DNA of 64,000 nucleotides from Gammaproteobacteria bacterium (GCA_036796405.1 DAIRDB010000002.1:89106-153105), one strand, 5' to 3'; positions 1 through 12,209 are shown, numbered from the stretch's first letter. A program made the numbers and translations. Notes: a model not told the origin generated them from the letters alone.

Positions 1-1
1 G

Positions 2-913
2 GTCACGCTACTGCTGGCAGGACTGGGCGCCTATTTGCTGCTGCAGCACCGCGTAGGCGTTGCTCTGAATGCTGCACTGGCCGAACTCGTCGATAGCGGA
101 CTCGTGCAAGAGGCCCGCTATCGCGATGCAAGGCTGGACTGGCACGGGGATCTTCAGCTGGCTGGGCTGCAGCTGGTCACCCCCTCCCTGACGGTGGAAC
201 TGGAGTCCTTGACGTTGTCCGATCTGGACTTCAGTCACGAGGTGCCGTGGTCCCTGCACCTGCATGCCGAGGACCTGCACTTTCCCCGCGGGATCGACGG
301 TGAGGCCCTGCTGGGTGCCGCCTACTGGCCCGCCTTCGACCATGACCTGCTAGAGGACGACACCCTGCGGCTCAGCCTGGACCTGCACTACCGCTACCAG
401 CCGGGCTCTGACGAGCGGATTCTTGCCACGGCAGATCTGGTGATCCCCGCGTTGTTTGCGCTGGTAGCTGAAGCAGAGACCCGACACGCCACTCCCGATC
501 AACTGCTCGGCCAGCAGCCAGCCACTGGGGCAGAGCCCGATGAGGCCGGGCTGCCACCCGGGTTCGCGCTGCCACTGGCGAAACTGCAAGTGTCCGATCT
601 CGGCATCGTCGAGCGCTGGCTGCAGGGCTATGCGACGACCTACGAGAGGGATCCGGCTGCCATGCGACCGCACCTGCAGTCACAACTGCGCTCCGCTTAT
701 CTTTTTCTCACGCCGGACAGCGAAGACATGGCCCGTCAGCTAGGCGCTGCGCTGGCTACCTTCCTCGAGGGGGGCCGAACGCTGCACCTCGGCCTGCAGC
801 CCGCCCATGGCGGTGAACTTGCCCGGCTACAGACAGAGGTGCTGGCTGCCGTATTCACAGCGAACTTCGGCACGGCGGTGGAATTGCTCAACGTCAGCAT
901 TGCAGTCGAGTGA
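2..913 (+). CDS. hypothetical membrane-anchored protein, 5' end outside window
   Basis: Track ORF 35..913. The same frame stays open back to nt 2 and encodes a hydrophobic segment (VTLLLAGLGAYLLL), so the start lies upstream of the window. GC3-rich codons. No family recognised. Confidence 0.5.
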   Translation, partial: VTLLLAGLGAYLLLQHRVGVALNAALAELVDSGLVQEARYRDARLDWHGDLQLAGLQLVTPSLTVELESLTLSDLDFSHEVPWSLHLHAEDLHFPRGIDGEALLGAAYWPAFDHDLLEDDTLRLSLDLHYRYQPGSDERILATADLVIPALFALVAEAETRHATPDQLLGQQPATGAEPDEAGLPPGFALPLAKLQVSDLGIVERWLQGYATTYERDPAAMRPHLQSQLRSAYLFLTPDSEDMARQLGAALATFLEGGRTLHLGLQPAHGGELARLQTEVLAAVFTANFGTAVELLNVSIAVE

Positions 914-943
914 GAGGAGCGGCCAGGCGGCGCCCGCAGAGCC

Positions 944-2533
944 TCAGGTCAGTGGGGCCACTTTGCGGCGATCCCTGCCACGCGACAGACGCTCCAATGC
1001 CTGACGCAGATCCTGCCCGATGCGCTTGAGACTCAAGTAGAGACCCAGCAGGCTCAGCAACAGACCACCGCTCAACAGGGCCAGCACACCGATGTCCCAC
1101 AGCGGTCGCTTGTGGTACCAGAAGGCAAAGTCGAGGCTGTGCAGACCGCTGTAGAGCCAACGCTCGACTCGACTGTACTTGTGTATTACCGACAGCAACT
1201 CACCACGCACCGGATCGACATATAACCAGCTCTCCGCCGGGTCATCGAAGGTGACGCGCAGCACGGGCAGCGGCAGTTGATTGCCCCGTGAGTAGTAGTA
1301 ATCGTCGTACTCATCCAACAGTTCGTAGCCGGTGACGCGCGCCTCGTCGATCGCCGCATCGAGTGCCGCTACCAGCGTGGCGCTGTCGAGGCTGGCCTGT
1401 TTCCGGCCGCTGCTCGCGTCGATGACCAGCGTTTCGGCGGCCAGCTGTCCATCGATGTTGTAGGGCTGGTGCAGGCGATCACGCTTGGCCTGCAGGGCAG
1501 CACTGTGCGAAGTGAATCCCGCCACCAGCATGGGACGACCCAGCACACGGACGAACGCCAGTTCCTTGACCGGATAAGGCACCTGCTCCTGCCAGTCGAC
1601 TGCACGCGGATCGGGGAAGGCACGGAGCTCGAGATCACGCTGACTGAGAGCAGACGCTGCCACTTGCACACCGCGGGCATTGGTCCAGTTCCAGGGTTCC
1701 ATGGAGACCAGACCACTGAACACCCAGGTGAGAGTCACGACACCGAACAGACAGCCGAGCACATAGTGCCAGCGCATGAGACCCCGGTAGGGAATGGCCC
1801 GCTGCAGATCGAAAGGGCGGACCTGACGGAATTGTGTCACGCCGAGTAGCAAACCAAGCAGTGCTGACACGCAGCCCAGTGTGGCTGACCAGACCACCAA
1901 GCCGTACCAAAGCGGCTGGTTGTCACGCAGACCCTCGAAGTACAGCCAGTGCGGGATGGTGCCCAGCCACGCCAGCAATCGGCTCTGCCTCGTGGTGTAC
2001 GCGCTGACCACGGCAGAGTTGCTGGACACGTAAACCTCGGTGCCGAGGCCGTCGTCCACGGCGTACTTGTGCAGCGGCAGGTCGCTGCGCACAGTGAAGG
2101 TCCACTGATCCGTATGATCCTCCAGAGTCTCGACGAAGCGGAACTGCTGAACGGGGACAGCGAGGAAACGACTGGCCAGCTCGGCCCCCTCGACAGTCGT
2201 CAGTGGCTCCATGAACTCGCCGGTGTCGGCATACAAGAAAAAGCTGCCGTGACCGGGATCACCGAACTCGTACACCGGCCTGCCCAGTACGGTACGGAGT
2301 CTCGCGGTGGGCGCCTCATAGCCCGCCTGCTCGGCAGCCTGTGCCGGTGTGAGCTTCACTTGGGTGAAGTCGAGCACCTCGGCGCCATCGAGCTGCATCG
2401 CCGGAGTCACTTTGGGCATGCCGCCGGTATAGATCATGAAGAAGCCGGAGACGAACCACAGCACGAACATAAGGCTGATCGGCACGCTGAGATAGCGGTG
2501 GCTAAGGATGAGGAGGGATGCAAGGGCACGCAT
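944..2533 (-). CDS. PepSY-associated TM-helix membrane protein (PiuB-like)
   Basis: 529-aa ORF. N-terminus LILSHRYLSVPISLMFVLWFVSGFFMIY plus further TM segments (IPHWLYF, RWHYVLG, ERWLYSGLHSLDF) are typical of PepSY_TM family proteins. Confidence 0.75.
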   Translation of the reverse strand: MRALASLLILSHRYLSVPISLMFVLWFVSGFFMIYTGGMPKVTPAMQLDGAEVLDFTQVKLTPAQAAEQAGYEAPTARLRTVLGRPVYEFGDPGHGSFFLYADTGEFMEPLTTVEGAELASRFLAVPVQQFRFVETLEDHTDQWTFTVRSDLPLHKYAVDDGLGTEVYVSSNSAVVSAYTTRQSRLLAWLGTIPHWLYFEGLRDNQPLWYGLVVWSATLGCVSALLGLLLGVTQFRQVRPFDLQRAIPYRGLMRWHYVLGCLFGVVTLTWVFSGLVSMEPWNWTNARGVQVAASALSQRDLELRAFPDPRAVDWQEQVPYPVKELAFVRVLGRPMLVAGFTSHSAALQAKRDRLHQPYNIDGQLAAETLVIDASSGRKQASLDSATLVAALDAAIDEARVTGYELLDEYDDYYYSRGNQLPLPVLRVTFDDPAESWLYVDPVRGELLSVIHKYSRVERWLYSGLHSLDFAFWYHKRPLWDIGVLALLSGGLLLSLLGLYLSLKRIGQDLRQALERLSRGRDRRKVAPLT

Positions 2534-2622
2534 GGCAGCCTAGCCTTCGGGGGAGACGGTTCGAGTGTACTGGCGCCGTCGACGGCGAGTAAATCTGCCG
2601 CGGCGACCAGTTCGTGCAGGAA

Positions 2623-3540
2623 TCAAGGAGTGCCACTGTCCTGCCGACACCACCACACGCGCAGGACGCGGCGGTACCAGAGCACGAAGCCACTCACATA
2701 CAAGATCGCTGGTAGCAGACCTAGCACGATCCACAGGACATTTGCCCAGAGCAAGCCGCGGAAGCGACCGAAATGCATCTGGATCATCCACAGCAACCAG
2801 CCATCCGGCCGCGTATCGTCCTGCAAATCATCGTCGAGAAAATCGATGAAGCGATCGAAAGGTTCGGGCCAGGCGAAGTACACAGCCGTGAAGCCCCAGA
2901 TGAAGAGCAGCAGCAGCGACCAGAAGCCGAGTGCGCTGTGCATTTGCCAGAACACGCTGCGACGGCTGCTTCTCCGAATAAGCAGCCCATCCTGCCAGCG
3001 ACCGCTGCCTTGCCACCACAGCACCAGCCCGCTGGCGACCATGCCGAGGAAAAGCAGGCCGCCGACCCCGTTCCATCGGCGGCCGGGCCGATCGAGCAGC
3101 AAGTCATCGTGCAAGCGGGTCAGCCATTCGACCGTCGCCACCTGCCAGGGAAAAGTCAGCCCAAGGTCCTGGCCGCTGTACTGATCAAAGTAACGGGATT
3201 GTTCCCGGCCATCGCGCTCAAGCAACACGTAGGTGGAGCGCCCCTCGCGCTGCGGCTCGCTGATGCGAATCACACGAGCGTCGTCGTATACCGCCGTCAC
3301 CCGCGCTGTCAGCTCGGCGCCCTGCAGCGGCGTACCGACGATGGCAGGGACTTCACTGGGGGTGAACCAGCGGGCAATCTGGGGTCGCAGGACGATGGCG
3401 CTGCCACTCACACTGATGAGTAGCACATACAGCCCGACACCCATCCCCAGCCAGAGATGCACCTGGAACAAAAACCTGCGCAGCGGCAACGTCTGTGGAG
3501 CACGCAGCCAACGTTGCCAGGACCCCATGGCGGACACCAC
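2623..3540 (-). CDS. PepSY-associated TM-helix membrane protein
   Basis: 305-aa ORF. LRRFLFQVHLWLGMGVGLYVLLISVSGSAIVLRPQI and MIQMHFGRF motifs are typical of the PepSY_TM family. In tandem with the preceding related gene. Confidence 0.7.
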   Translation of the reverse strand: MVSAMGSWQRWLRAPQTLPLRRFLFQVHLWLGMGVGLYVLLISVSGSAIVLRPQIARWFTPSEVPAIVGTPLQGAELTARVTAVYDDARVIRISEPQREGRSTYVLLERDGREQSRYFDQYSGQDLGLTFPWQVATVEWLTRLHDDLLLDRPGRRWNGVGGLLFLGMVASGLVLWWQGSGRWQDGLLIRRSSRRSVFWQMHSALGFWSLLLLFIWGFTAVYFAWPEPFDRFIDFLDDDLQDDTRPDGWLLWMIQMHFGRFRGLLWANVLWIVLGLLPAILYVSGFVLWYRRVLRVWWCRQDSGTP

Positions 3541-3549
3541 CCCGACCCT

Positions 3550-4041
3550 CTACGTCACATGAAAGGAGCGCCGGCAGTGACGCAGGCAAAAGAACACCAG
3601 CGGCCACAACAAGGCGCTGCTCAGGGCCGGGAACAGAAATGCAAGATTGTCGGGGGTATTGTGGCCGGTGGCTGTGAGCACCCAGAACACTAGCAACTGT
3701 CCGGTACCGATCAACAGCAGCAGCAGGCCGCTTTGCTGCAATGACGTGAACATGCGCATGCGCTGGTAGAGCGACAGTGCTGCATAGGCGATGAGCGTGA
3801 GTACCCCTGCATTCAGGCCGAGCAGGGTGCCCTTGAGCACATCGACCAGGAACCCGACCAGCCAGGCGGTGAGCAGGCCCACTCGCTGCGGCAGGGCAAT
3901 GACCCAATAGACCAGCACCAATGCCACCCAGTCAGGACGCCAGAGCTCCAGCCAACCCGGCAGCGGCAGTACAGCCAGCACACCGGCGAACACCAGAGAC
4001 AGCACGATGACCCAGCGATTGCGCGGGATCGCTGCCATCAC
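3550..4041 (-). CDS. mreD: rod shape-determining protein MreD
   Basis: 163-aa polytopic ORF immediately after mreC. The mreC TGA overlaps ATG 4036-4038; GTG at 4039-4041 is the alternative start. Third gene of the mreBCD order. Confidence 0.85.
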   Translation of the reverse strand: MMAAIPRNRWVIVLSLVFAGVLAVLPLPGWLELWRPDWVALVLVYWVIALPQRVGLLTAWLVGFLVDVLKGTLLGLNAGVLTLIAYAALSLYQRMRMFTSLQQSGLLLLLIGTGQLLVFWVLTATGHNTPDNLAFLFPALSSALLWPLVFFCLRHCRRSFHVT

Positions 4042-4916
4042 TGCAAACCCTCGAGCGCTTTTTCGGGTTGGGGCGGTCCAGAGGACTGGGCGGCCTGTCC
4101 ACGAAACAGCAGCAGCACGTTGCGACTGCGATCGATCTGTGCCGTAGGATTGACGAGAATGCGGGCGAAGGTGGCCCCGTTACCAGTCTGCACTTCTGCG
4201 ACCACCCCCACCGGGTAACCCACCGGAAAACGCTGGTCGAGACCGGAAGTGACCAGCACGTCACCCACGACGATGTCGGCAGAGGTGGCGATGTTTTCGA
4301 GGCTGAGGCCGTGCAGGCTGTCCGGGGTTCCGGTAGCGATGGCGCGCACGCCGTTGCGATTGACCTGTACGGGTGTCGAATGCTGCGGGTCAGTGATCAG
4401 CAGCACCCAACTCGTCAGGGGCTGCACCTCCACGACCTGGCCCAGCAAGCCATAGGCATCGAGGACCGGTTGACCGACAAAAACTCCTTCACGACGGCCC
4501 TTGTTGATCAGTACGCGCTTGGTGAACGGGTCCGGCGACTCGCCGATCAACTGTGCGCGAACCGCGACGTCATCGACGATCGCGGAGGCCTTCAACAGGG
4601 CACTGAGTCGCTGGTTTTCGGCAGAAAGATGATCGAGCTTCTGCAGTTCGAACTGCAACCGCAGCACCTCTTCGCGGAGCCGGGCGTTGTCTTCGGCAAG
4701 TTGGCTACGCTCGACGAACAGCCCACCGAACGCGGTCGCAAAGCGGGAAGGCAGATCTGCCACGAGATGCAGGGGTGTCACCGCAATGGCCGTGTAGTAG
4801 CGCACGCGCCCGAGATAGTCAAAGCGGCTATCGGCAAACGTCAGCACCAGCGACAGCAGGCCGAGGCCGATCAGCTTGTAACCCTGCGCAGTGTTTTGGA
4901 CGAACAGAGACTTGAT
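4038..4916 (-). CDS. mreC: rod shape-determining protein MreC (non-canonical start suspected)
   Basis: Track ORF 4038..4847 starts at an internal GTG. The MreC-like N-terminus (IKSLFVQNTAQGYKLIGLGLLSLVLTFADSRF) is encoded in frame upstream, with no ATG/GTG/TTG after the in-frame TGA. ATC at 4914-4916, 6 nt after AGGAAGG, is the best start candidate. Position between mreB and mreD. Confidence 0.85.
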   Translation of the reverse strand: MKSLFVQNTAQGYKLIGLGLLSLVLTFADSRFDYLGRVRYYTAIAVTPLHLVADLPSRFATAFGGLFVERSQLAEDNARLREEVLRLQFELQKLDHLSAENQRLSALLKASAIVDDVAVRAQLIGESPDPFTKRVLINKGRREGVFVGQPVLDAYGLLGQVVEVQPLTSWVLLITDPQHSTPVQVNRNGVRAIATGTPDSLHGLSLENIATSADIVVGDVLVTSGLDQRFPVGYPVGVVAEVQTGNGATFARILVNPTAQIDRSRNVLLLFRGQAAQSSGPPQPEKALEGLQ

Positions 4917-4941
4917 GGCGACCTTCCTGAGGCTTTCCCTC

Positions 4942-6156
<1,215 letters not shown>

Positions 6157-6174
6157 TCAACGACTGGATTCTTC

Positions 6175-6462
6175 ATGGCCATCGAACTCAAGGACATCGA
6201 AAATATCGCGCATCTGGCGCGACTGCGATTGGATGCGGCAGAGAAAGCCGAAGCGCTCGGCAGCATCAACAACATCCTCAGCATGATCGACGAGATGCGC
6301 GCGCTCGACACCAGCGGTGTCGAGCCACTGGCACACGCTTTTGAGGCTTCGCAGCGCCTGCGCGAAGACGTCGTCACCGAGACCGACCAGCGTGCGGCGC
6401 TGCTGGCGCTGGCACCGAACGCAGCCGAGGGGCTGTTTCTGGTGCCCAAGGTTCTGGAGTAG
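6175..6462 (+). CDS. gatC: Asp/Glu-tRNA(Asn/Gln) amidotransferase subunit C
   Basis: 95 aa, MAIELKDIENIAHLARLRLDAAE... First gene of the gatCAB order. Confidence 0.95.
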   Translation: MAIELKDIENIAHLARLRLDAAEKAEALGSINNILSMIDEMRALDTSGVEPLAHAFEASQRLREDVVTETDQRAALLALAPNAAEGLFLVPKVLE

Positions 6463-6465
6463 CCC

Positions 6466-7953
6466 ATGGCCGACCTGCTCGATCAAGGTATTGCCTCACT
6501 GGCCAAGTCGCTGGCACGCAAGGAATTTTCCAGCGTCGAACTGACCGGTGCCTACCTCTCGCGCATCGCTGCGCACAACCCTGCGCTCAACGCCTATGTC
6601 ACCGTGACCGCAGAGCAGGCACTAGCGCAGGCCGCGGCTGCGGACACGGCACGCACCAAGGGCACGGCGGGCCCCTGGGCCGGCGTGCCCTTTGCCCACA
6701 AGGACATCTTCTGTACGCATGGCGTGCGCACGGCCTGTGGGTCGCGGATGCTGGACAACTTCATCGCGCCTTACGATGCCACAGTGGTGGAGCGCATGCG
6801 CGACGCTGGTCTCGTCATGCTCGGCAAGACCAACATGGATGAATTTGCCATGGGCTCTTCCAACGAAACGTCGTGGTACGGGCCCGTCAAAAACCCGTGG
6901 AATACCGATCTCGTTCCAGGAGGCTCCTCCGGCGGCTCTGCCGCCGCCGTAGCAGCACATCTGTGTCCGGCGGCTACAGCCACAGACACCGGTGGTTCCA
7001 TTCGCCAGCCGGCATCCTTCTGTGGACTGACCGGCATCAAGCCGACCTACGGCCGCGTGTCGCGCTGGGGCATGATCGCCTTTGCCTCCAGCCTCGACCA
7101 GGCCGGAGTCCTGACCCGCAGTGCCGAAGATGCCGCCATCCTGCTGCAAACCATGGCGGGTTTCGACCCGCGCGACTCGACCAGCGTCGACATGCCGGTT
7201 CCGGATTATCTCGCCGGCCTCGGGCAGTCGTTGCGAGGCCTGCGCATCGGGATACCAAAGCAGCACTTTGCCCAGGGACTCAACCCGGAAGTCGAGCAAC
7301 TGATCCGCAGTGCCCTAGCCGAATTCGAAAGGCAGGGGGCAACGCTCAAGGAAGTCAGCCTCGACAACAGCCATCTCTCGGTGGCTGCCTACTACGTGAT
7401 CGCCCCGGCGGAAGCCTCGGCCAACCTGTCACGCTACGACGGCGTCCGCTACGGATACCGCTGCGACAAGCCGGTAGATCTGGAGGATCTGTACAAGCGC
7501 AGCCGCGCCGAAGGCTTCGGTGCCGAGGTCAAGCGTCGCATCATGGTAGGCACCTACGCGCTCTCTGCCGGTTTCTATGATGCCTACTACATCAAGGCCC
7601 AGAAAATCCGCCGCCTCATCAAGAACGATTTCGACCGTGCTTTCGCAGAGGTTGACGTAATCATGGGCCCGACCTCGCCACATACTGCCTTCCCGCTGGG
7701 CTCCAAGAGCAAGGACAAGGATCCGGTGGCGATGTATCTGGAAGATATCTACACGATCGCCGTGAATCTGGCTGGCCTGCCGGGACTGTCGATTCCCGCC
7801 GGGCTGCTGAATGGGCTGCCCATCGGCCTGCAGATCGTCGGCCCCAATTTTTCCGAAGACCGGCTGCTCAACGTCGCGCACCAGTTCCAGTTGGCAACCG
7901 ACTGGCACACGCGCACGCCCGGCGTGGCCGCCGCTTCGCGAGGAGACCGCTAA
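6466..7953 (+). CDS. gatA: Asp/Glu-tRNA(Asn/Gln) amidotransferase subunit A
   Basis: 495 aa with the amidase signature ([24 protein letters not shown]). Directly follows gatC. Confidence 0.97.
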   Translation: MADLLDQGIASLAKSLARKEFSSVELTGAYLSRIAAHNPALNAYVTVTAEQALAQAAAADTARTKGTAGPWAGVPFAHKDIFCTHGVRTACGSRMLDNFIAPYDATVVERMRDAGLVMLGKTNMDEFAMGSSNETSWYGPVKNPWNTDLVPGGSSGGSAAAVAAHLCPAATATDTGGSIRQPASFCGLTGIKPTYGRVSRWGMIAFASSLDQAGVLTRSAEDAAILLQTMAGFDPRDSTSVDMPVPDYLAGLGQSLRGLRIGIPKQHFAQGLNPEVEQLIRSALAEFERQGATLKEVSLDNSHLSVAAYYVIAPAEASANLSRYDGVRYGYRCDKPVDLEDLYKRSRAEGFGAEVKRRIMVGTYALSAGFYDAYYIKAQKIRRLIKNDFDRAFAEVDVIMGPTSPHTAFPLGSKSKDKDPVAMYLEDIYTIAVNLAGLPGLSIPAGLLNGLPIGLQIVGPNFSEDRLLNVAHQFQLATDWHTRTPGVAAASRGDR

Positions 7954-7954
7954 C

Positions 7955-9388
7955 ATGGCTTGGGAAACCGTCATCGGTCTGGAAGTCCACGTCCAGTTGT
8001 CGACCCGTTCGAAATTGTTTTCCGGCTCCAGCACGACATTCGGTGCCGAGCCCAACACGCAGGCCAGCCTTTACGACCTAGCCCTGCCGGGCACCCTGCC
8101 GGTACTGAATGGCGAAGCGCTGCGCATGGCGGTTAAATTCGGTCTGGCCATCGGCGCCGAAATCGGCAAGACATCGATTTTCGACCGCAAGAACTACTTC
8201 TACCCCGACCTGCCCAAAGGCTACCAGACCAGCCAGCTCAATCACCCCACGGTGGGACGCGGCTCGCTGACCATCACACTGGAGGATGGCAGCACCAAGA
8301 CCATCGGCATTACGCGGGCCCACATGGAGGAAGACGCTGGCAAGTCGCTGCACGAGGCCTTCCCGAACGACACCGGCATCGACCTGAACCGGGCGGGGAC
8401 GCCCCTGCTGGAAATCGTGTCCGAGCCGGAAATCCGCAGTGCCCGTGAAGCCGTCGCTTACCTCAAGAAGCTGCACTCGCTGATTCTCTATCTCGGCATC
8501 AGTGACGGCGACATGTCGCAGGGTTCCATGCGCTGCGACGCCAACGTGTCCGTGCGCCGCCTGGGCGAGACAGCATTCGGCACCCGCGCCGAGATCAAGA
8601 ACATCAACTCCTTCCGCTTCGTGGAAAAGGCCATTCTGGTGGAAGCACAGCGGCAGATCGACCTGATCGAGGACGGTGGCAAGGTCGTGCAGGAGACCCG
8701 CCTGTACGACGCGGAGAAAAACCAGACACGCTCCATGCGCAGCAAGGAAGTGGCCAACGATTACCGCTACTTTCCCGAGCCCGATCTGCTGCCCGTGGTC
8801 ATCGACGAAGCGTTCATCGCGTCGGTAAGGGACACGCTGCCAGAGCTGCCCGATGTGAAGAGTCAGCGCTTCCAGCAGCAATACGGACTGAGCCACTACG
8901 ATGCACAGGTTCTGGCCGCAGATCGCGACACGGCACGTTTCTTCGAGGCAGTCGCGGCGGCAAGTGGCGATGCCAAGCTTTCCGCCAACTGGGTGATGGT
9001 GGATCTGCAGGCGGTGCTAAACCGGCAGGAACTGGCGATCGCGCAGAGCCCGGTTGCTGCAGCCGATCTGGCAGGGCTCATCAATCGCATCAAGGACGGT
9101 ACAGTCTCGAGCAAGATCGCCAAAACCGTATTCGAAGCCATGGTGGCCGGAGAGGGCAGTGCCGACTCGATCATCGAGAGCAGGGGTCTGCGGCAAGTGA
9201 GCGACAGCGGCGCCATCGAAAGCATGATCGACGCCATCTTGGTCGCGAACCCGCGTCAGGTGGAGCAATACCGCAGCGGACAGGAGAAGGTGTTCACCTT
9301 CTTCGTGGGCCAGGTCATGAAGGAGTCGAAAGGCAAGGCCAATCCGGCTCAGGTCAACGAACTCCTGACCAAGAAACTGAAAGGCTAG
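7955..9388 (+). CDS. gatB: Asp/Glu-tRNA(Asn/Gln) amidotransferase subunit B
   Basis: [17 protein letters not shown]... typical GatB. Start at ATG 7955, 2 nt after the gatA stop. The track ORF start at 7811 overlaps gatA and is rejected. Confidence 0.97.
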   Translation: MAWETVIGLEVHVQLSTRSKLFSGSSTTFGAEPNTQASLYDLALPGTLPVLNGEALRMAVKFGLAIGAEIGKTSIFDRKNYFYPDLPKGYQTSQLNHPTVGRGSLTITLEDGSTKTIGITRAHMEEDAGKSLHEAFPNDTGIDLNRAGTPLLEIVSEPEIRSAREAVAYLKKLHSLILYLGISDGDMSQGSMRCDANVSVRRLGETAFGTRAEIKNINSFRFVEKAILVEAQRQIDLIEDGGKVVQETRLYDAEKNQTRSMRSKEVANDYRYFPEPDLLPVVIDEAFIASVRDTLPELPDVKSQRFQQQYGLSHYDAQVLAADRDTARFFEAVAAASGDAKLSANWVMVDLQAVLNRQELAIAQSPVAAADLAGLINRIKDGTVSSKIAKTVFEAMVAGEGSADSIIESRGLRQVSDSGAIESMIDAILVANPRQVEQYRSGQEKVFTFFVGQVMKESKGKANPAQVNELLTKKLKG

Positions 9389-9720
9389 TGAGCAGACCAG
9401 GACCCATGAAAACAGAGAAGAAAAGCGGGGCTGCCCGCACACAACTGGCGGTGATCGACGAGTGGTTCACCGACGAGCGCATCCAGTCCTTTCTGGATCT
9501 GCAACCGGTGGACGGTGAGTCAGCGGATTACCACGTCTTGCTGAAGGCCTATCGCGGCATGGTGCCGGAGGCCTTTGCAAGGCTGGTCGGATTTTTCGTG
9601 GCTGCGGGTCGCAATCTTGACGATCCGGGCCCCGATGGCAGAACCATCCTCGCGCTGATTTCCAGCCATCGTCACGGTGACGAATACGCGCAAATCCTCA
9701 AGGATGCCGGGGGCCGCTGA
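9388..9720 (+). CDS. small conserved hypothetical protein downstream of gatB
   Basis: 110-aa GC3-rich ORF; GTG 9388 or ATG 9406 as start. No family recognised with certainty. Confidence 0.55.
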   Translation: MSRPGPMKTEKKSGAARTQLAVIDEWFTDERIQSFLDLQPVDGESADYHVLLKAYRGMVPEAFARLVGFFVAAGRNLDDPGPDGRTILALISSHRHGDEYAQILKDAGGR

Positions 9721-9744
9721 GCGGACACCGCGTCTGCCCGGCGC

Positions 9745-11271
9745 TCAGCGACGACGCCCGCGGTCGCGGCCGCCACCACGCTGTCCACCACCGCCTCGGC
9801 GCTCGTCGCCCGGCTCCGGTTTGAACTTGGATGGCTGCGTGAAGGGCGGTGGCTGCTTCAGCAGTTCAGCAGCCGGATATTCGCAGGGCAGCTTCATCCC
9901 AATCTTGGCCTCTATGCCAGGCAGCAAGAAGGAGTCATCCTCGCAGGCGAAGCTGATAGACGTTCCCGTCGCGCCAGCACGCCCCGTGCGACCGATGCGG
10001 TGAACGTAGTCCTCGGCCTCTTCGGGCAACATGTAATTCACCACGTGACTGATGTCCTCGATGTGCAGACCGCGACCTGCCACATCGGTGGCGACCAGCA
10101 CCTGGATCTCCGCCGTGCGGAATTCCTCGAGCGTCTTCACGCGCTTCGGCTGCGAGACCTCACCGGACAGTAAGCCCACACTGATGCCATTGCGGTGCAG
10201 GTTGTCGGCCAACTTGCGTGCCTGGTCCCGGCGATTGGTGAATACGATCACCCGCTCACCTTCGTCGCTCTGGATGAGGTTGTATAGCAGGGGGTATTTC
10301 TGATCGGTGGTCACGAGATAGACGACCTGTTTGACACTGTCGGTGGTCTGGCGAGGTGAGGCGACCTCCACCCGGACCGGGTCCATGGCCCAGCGCTCGG
10401 CGAGCGTGAGGATGTCGTCGGTGAAGGTGGCACTGAACAACATGGTCTGCCGGCATTCCTTGCGCGGTGTCTGGGCGATGATCTGCCGCACCTGCGGAAT
10501 GAAACCCATGTCGAGCATGCGATCAGCCTCATCGATCACGAGCATTTCCACCATGCCGAGCCAGATGCTTTTCTGACTGACGAAATCGATCAGACGGCCC
10601 GGCGTGGCCACACAGATATCGCAAATGCCACGCTCGAGGTCCTGCAACTGCTTCTGGTAGTCCATGCCGCCGACCAGTGTGACGATGCGTAGCGGCGTGT
10701 ATTTGCAGAGTGCCTTGGCATCCTTGGCGATCTGCATGACCAGTTCCCGGGTAGGCGCGATGATCAACGCCCGTGGCTCACCGACGTAGCGTTGTTCCTC
10801 AAGCGGATTGTTGACGAGGTCGGTGATGATGGCGGTCAGGAAGGCCGCCGTTTTGCCGGTGCCGGTCTGCGCCTTGCCGGTGATGTCGTGGCCCTGCAGG
10901 GTGATGGGAATGCTCTGGGCCTGGATCGGCGTGCAGAATTCGAAGCCAAGGTCGTCGAAAGCCCGCAGCAGGGACTCTGGCAGACGGAAGTCGCGAAAGC
11001 GCACGGTCGACAGTGCGCGTACCGGCACGTATGCAGGGAATTCGCTATCCGCCGCTTCGGCAGACGAAGTTGCGGCCTCTTCGGCAAGCTCGGTACCCAA
11101 CACCATCTCGTCTGGGCCACGCTGTGGAGCTGACTCGTCCGACAAGGCCTCGGCCGCAGGCGTCACAGCCGCGCCGGCCACGGCGGGCTGATCCCCGGCG
11201 GCAGCCTGCGGGTCTGACCCACTGGGGCCAGGCTGGGGCTGCTCTTGCGGGTTTTGCAGGTTCGATTCCAT
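9745..11271 (-). CDS. rhlB: DEAD-box ATP-dependent RNA helicase, RhlB-like
   Basis: Motifs [38 protein letters not shown]. Collinear resemblance to E. coli RhlB ([17 protein letters not shown]). Arg/Gly-rich C-terminal tail. Start taken at ATG 11269-11271. Confidence 0.88.
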   Translation of the reverse strand: MESNLQNPQEQPQPGPSGSDPQAAAGDQPAVAGAAVTPAAEALSDESAPQRGPDEMVLGTELAEEAATSSAEAADSEFPAYVPVRALSTVRFRDFRLPESLLRAFDDLGFEFCTPIQAQSIPITLQGHDITGKAQTGTGKTAAFLTAIITDLVNNPLEEQRYVGEPRALIIAPTRELVMQIAKDAKALCKYTPLRIVTLVGGMDYQKQLQDLERGICDICVATPGRLIDFVSQKSIWLGMVEMLVIDEADRMLDMGFIPQVRQIIAQTPRKECRQTMLFSATFTDDILTLAERWAMDPVRVEVASPRQTTDSVKQVVYLVTTDQKYPLLYNLIQSDEGERVIVFTNRRDQARKLADNLHRNGISVGLLSGEVSQPKRVKTLEEFRTAEIQVLVATDVAGRGLHIEDISHVVNYMLPEEAEDYVHRIGRTGRAGATGTSISFACEDDSFLLPGIEAKIGMKLPCEYPAAELLKQPPPFTQPSKFKPEPGDERRGGGGQRGGGRDRGRRR

Positions 11272-11282
11272 CGGGGGACCTT

Positions 11283-11594
11283 TTAGCGGCGACACTGGTA
11301 GATGTTGAAGGTTTGTTCGCCGTTTCTGACCGGACCCATGGCAACGATGGCATCGCCCCGATCGGCCGCGCGGTTGCGGGCAAGGACGCGCAGTTCCTCG
11401 GCGACGCGATTCGGCTGACGGTTCACTACCACTTTGCTGATCACAGTCACGGTGGTGCTGCCGTTAGGGGTGCAATTGGTGACCTCACTGGCTTGCAGGA
11501 TGGCGACGTTTTCGCCGGCCGGGGTCAGTTTGACGAAGGAAATCGAGCAGGCGCCAAGGCCCAACAAGATGAACAACAGGGTGGCAAAACGCAT
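11283..11594 (-). CDS. DUF4156-like lipoprotein
   Basis: 103 aa with signal peptide and lipobox (LLGLGAC). Sequence resembles DUF4156 small lipoproteins. Confidence 0.65.
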   Translation of the reverse strand: MRFATLLFILLGLGACSISFVKLTPAGENVAILQASEVTNCTPNGSTTVTVISKVVVNRQPNRVAEELRVLARNRAADRGDAIVAMGPVRNGEQTFNIYQCRR

Positions 11595-11606
11595 GAATGG
11601 CCTCGA

Positions 11607-12209
11607 TTAATTGCGATTGAACTTGACGTTGACTTCTATGTTGACCTCGTCGGCAGCCATGTTGCGGTATTGGTCGAGCCCGAAGTCCATGCGGTTCAGC
11701 GTGCCATTGCCGAGCATGCCTACCGTGCTGCCGCCGAGCTCACCGTCACTGCCTCCATAAAGCGTTACGTGCAGGGTCCAAGGCTTGGTCTTGCCGAGGA
11801 AGGCCAGCTCGCCCACGAAATCCACCTGGTTTGGTCCGGTGACCACCGCAGAAGTACTGGTAAAAGTCGCATCCGGGAAGAGGGTGGCGTTGAACCAGCT
11901 ACTGCTGTTGACCAAGGTTTCGGTGACGTCGGCCTCCGCCATGTTGAGACTGGCCATACTCACTGTGGCGGTGAGTCGGGAGTTTGCGAGATTGTCCGGA
12001 TCCAGGAACAGGGTACCGGCATACTGGTCGAAACGCCCCACCATGTTGAGGTACTGCTGGAACATCACCCGGAAAAATACGCTGCCATATTGGCGACTTA
12101 GCGTGTAATCACCCCCGGCCTCGGCAGCGAAGACCGGCAGGGAACCCAGAGGGAGGAGAAACAGCAGGGAAACAAGGACACGGGACAACGACGGTATTCG
12201 GGAGAACAT
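11607..12209 (-). CDS. YceI family periplasmic protein
   Basis: Signal peptide followed by a YceI-like domain (GRFDQYAGTLFLDPDN..., FVGELAFLGKTKPWTL). Start at ATG 12207-12209. Confidence 0.8.
   Translation of the reverse strand: MFSRIPSLSRVLVSLLFLLPLGSLPVFAAEAGGDYTLSRQYGSVFFRVMFQQYLNMVGRFDQYAGTLFLDPDNLANSRLTATVSMASLNMAEADVTETLVNSSSWFNATLFPDATFTSTSAVVTGPNQVDFVGELAFLGKTKPWTLHVTLYGGSDGELGGSTVGMLGNGTLNRMDFGLDQYRNMAADEVNIEVNVKFNRN

Noticed and set aside
9716-9749. Inverted repeat GCTGAGCG...CGCTCAGC embedding both convergent stop codons (small ORF and rhlB) as a terminator
   Set aside because: - The loop is 18 nt and there is no U-tract on either side.
- It may stabilise the 3' ends, but it is not a canonical intrinsic terminator.
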